Of a stretch of 25,628 nucleotides of DNA, positions 24,389 to 25,628 are shown in pieces. Source of the stretch: a virus (Duplodnaviria; Caudoviricetes). The position numbers were made by a program, and so were the translations under genes. Under the pieces are notes generated by a model. It was given only the letters and a program-made list of their open reading frames with translations, was not told the origin of the DNA and searched no databases. How positions within the stretch are numbered: the first letter of the stretch is position 1; each line of letters begins with the position of its first letter. Where the stretch lies: positions 1 to 25,628 of IMG/VR virus record IMGVR_UViG_3300020519_000021; one strand, 5' to 3'.

Positions 24389-25628
24389 TGGCAGATTTAA
24401 ATGTCAAGCTTCACGAGAAGCAACTAGAAGTATTTAACGATAACCACCGATTTAAGATTCTCGCTGCTGGTAGGCGGTTTGGTAAAAGTCGGTTAGCCGC
24501 TTGGCTTCTTATTATTGAAGCCCTGAAGTCGACAGAGAAGGATGTCTTCTATGTTGCGCCAACTTACCAACAAGCAAAAGACATCTTGTGGGGATTGTTA
24601 AAAGAGATTGGGCATGATGTCATTGCCTCGGCACATGAGAATACCTCTGTCCTTACTTTAGTTAATGGTCGTAAGATTTACCTCAAGGGTGCAGATAGAC
24701 CTGACACTTTACGAGGTGTGGGTTTAGCGTTCCTTGTAATTGATGAGTATGCTGACTTAAAGCCAAATGTTTGGGAACAGATTTTACGCCCAGCCTTGTC
24801 AGATGTTCAGGGTGGTGCGGTGTTCATCGGGACACCAAAAGGTAGAAACCATTTCTATGAATTATTTAAATATGCGGAAAGTGAGAGGGATGATGAGTGG
24901 AAAGCGTTTCATTTTACTTCCTATGATAATCCCCTTATTCCAGCAAAAGAGTTTGACAATGCTAAACAAAGTATGTCATCTTTTGCGTTCCGCCAAGAGT
25001 TCATGGCTTCGTTTGAAGCAGCAAGTCGTGACTTGTTTAAAGAAGAATGGATAAAAATAGATGAAGAAGAACCTATTGAAGGTCGTTTTTTCATTACTGT
25101 TGACTTGGCTGGTTTTATCAATGTGGATAGAGAATCAGGTAACAAGAATAAAAAGCTGGATGAAACAGCTATAGCTGTTGTTAAGGTGCACGAAGGTGGT
25201 TGGTGGGTTGCAGATATTTTGCATGGTAGGTGGGATATTCAAGAAACTTGCGCTCAGATAATGAGGGCTGTTGTTCAATATGAACCTGTTGCTGTTGGAA
25301 TTGAAAAAGGAAGTTTAAAAAATGCTGCTCACCCTTACCTTACAGACCTTATGCGTAGGCATAATCACTACTTCCGCATTGACGATGTCACTCATGGCAA
25401 TCAAAAGAAAACAGACCGTATCATGTGGGCACTCCAAGGGCGATTCGAGCACGGGAAGGTTACGCTAAATGAGGGAACATGGAACAATGAATTCATTGAC
25501 CAGCTTGTCAACTTTCCTAACTCACAGTTGCATGATGACCTTATTGATGCCTTGGCATACATTGACCAAATACAAATAGTAGAAAGTTCAAATAGTTTTG
25601 AAGAAGAAGAATATCAACCAATGGACGC
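24388..25628 (+). CDS. terL: Terminase large subunit (partial, runs off the window; not in ORF track)
   Basis: Walker A AGRRFGKS, Walker B LVIDEYA, FIGTPKGRNHFY, nuclease VDLAGF and HDDLIDALAY. Confidence 0.95.
   Translation, partial: MADLNVKLHEKQLEVFNDNHRFKILAAGRRFGKSRLAAWLLIIEALKSTEKDVFYVAPTYQQAKDILWGLLKEIGHDVIASAHENTSVLTLVNGRKIYLKGADRPDTLRGVGLAFLVIDEYADLKPNVWEQILRPALSDVQGGAVFIGTPKGRNHFYELFKYAESERDDEWKAFHFTSYDNPLIPAKEFDNAKQSMSSFAFRQEFMASFEAASRDLFKEEWIKIDEEEPIEGRFFITVDLAGFINVDRESGNKNKKLDETAIAVVKVHEGGWWVADILHGRWDIQETCAQIMRAVVQYEPVAVGIEKGSLKNAAHPYLTDLMRRHNHYFRIDDVTHGNQKKTDRIMWALQGRFEHGKVTLNEGTWNNEFIDQLVNFPNSQLHDDLIDALAYIDQIQIVESSNSFEEEEYQPMD

Noticed and set aside
24767-25145. Track ORFs 24767-25054 (+) and 24921-25145 (-)
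   Set aside because: Shadow frames inside terL, which the track missed because it has no stop in the window
1-25628. Autographiviridae (T7-like) assignment, prophage state or stop-codon recoding
   Set aside because: No RNA polymerase, integrase or host genes are seen; genes are intact in the standard code and all three stop codons are used

Overview
AT-rich fragment of a tailed dsDNA bacteriophage with podovirus-type architecture. No RNA polymerase, integrase or recognisable repressor is seen, so it is probably lytic and uses host sigma70 promoters. 20-7826 (+): end of the late operon (holin-like gene, tail adaptor/nozzle, short tail fibre, three internal/ejection proteins, the last with a lytic transglycosylase domain). 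7953-21922 (-): the early/replication arm (many small early genes, primase, DnaB helicase, HNH endonucleases, family A DNA polymerase split into two genes by a six-ORF cassette, two SSB-like genes, 5'-3' exonuclease, metallophosphoesterase). 21923-22932: about 1 kb non-coding control region with divergent promoters, palindromes and an A/T-only tract. 22933-end (+): terS, two unrelated proteins sharing an N-terminal MAAGDFxxYGVxxxP tag, and terL (runs off the window). Most notable: the tagged cargo-like genes between terS and terL, the split polymerase with a 7-bp junction repeat, and a pair of inverted promoter-like plus A/T-tract elements. All family assignments are from motif recognition by eye, not database searches.
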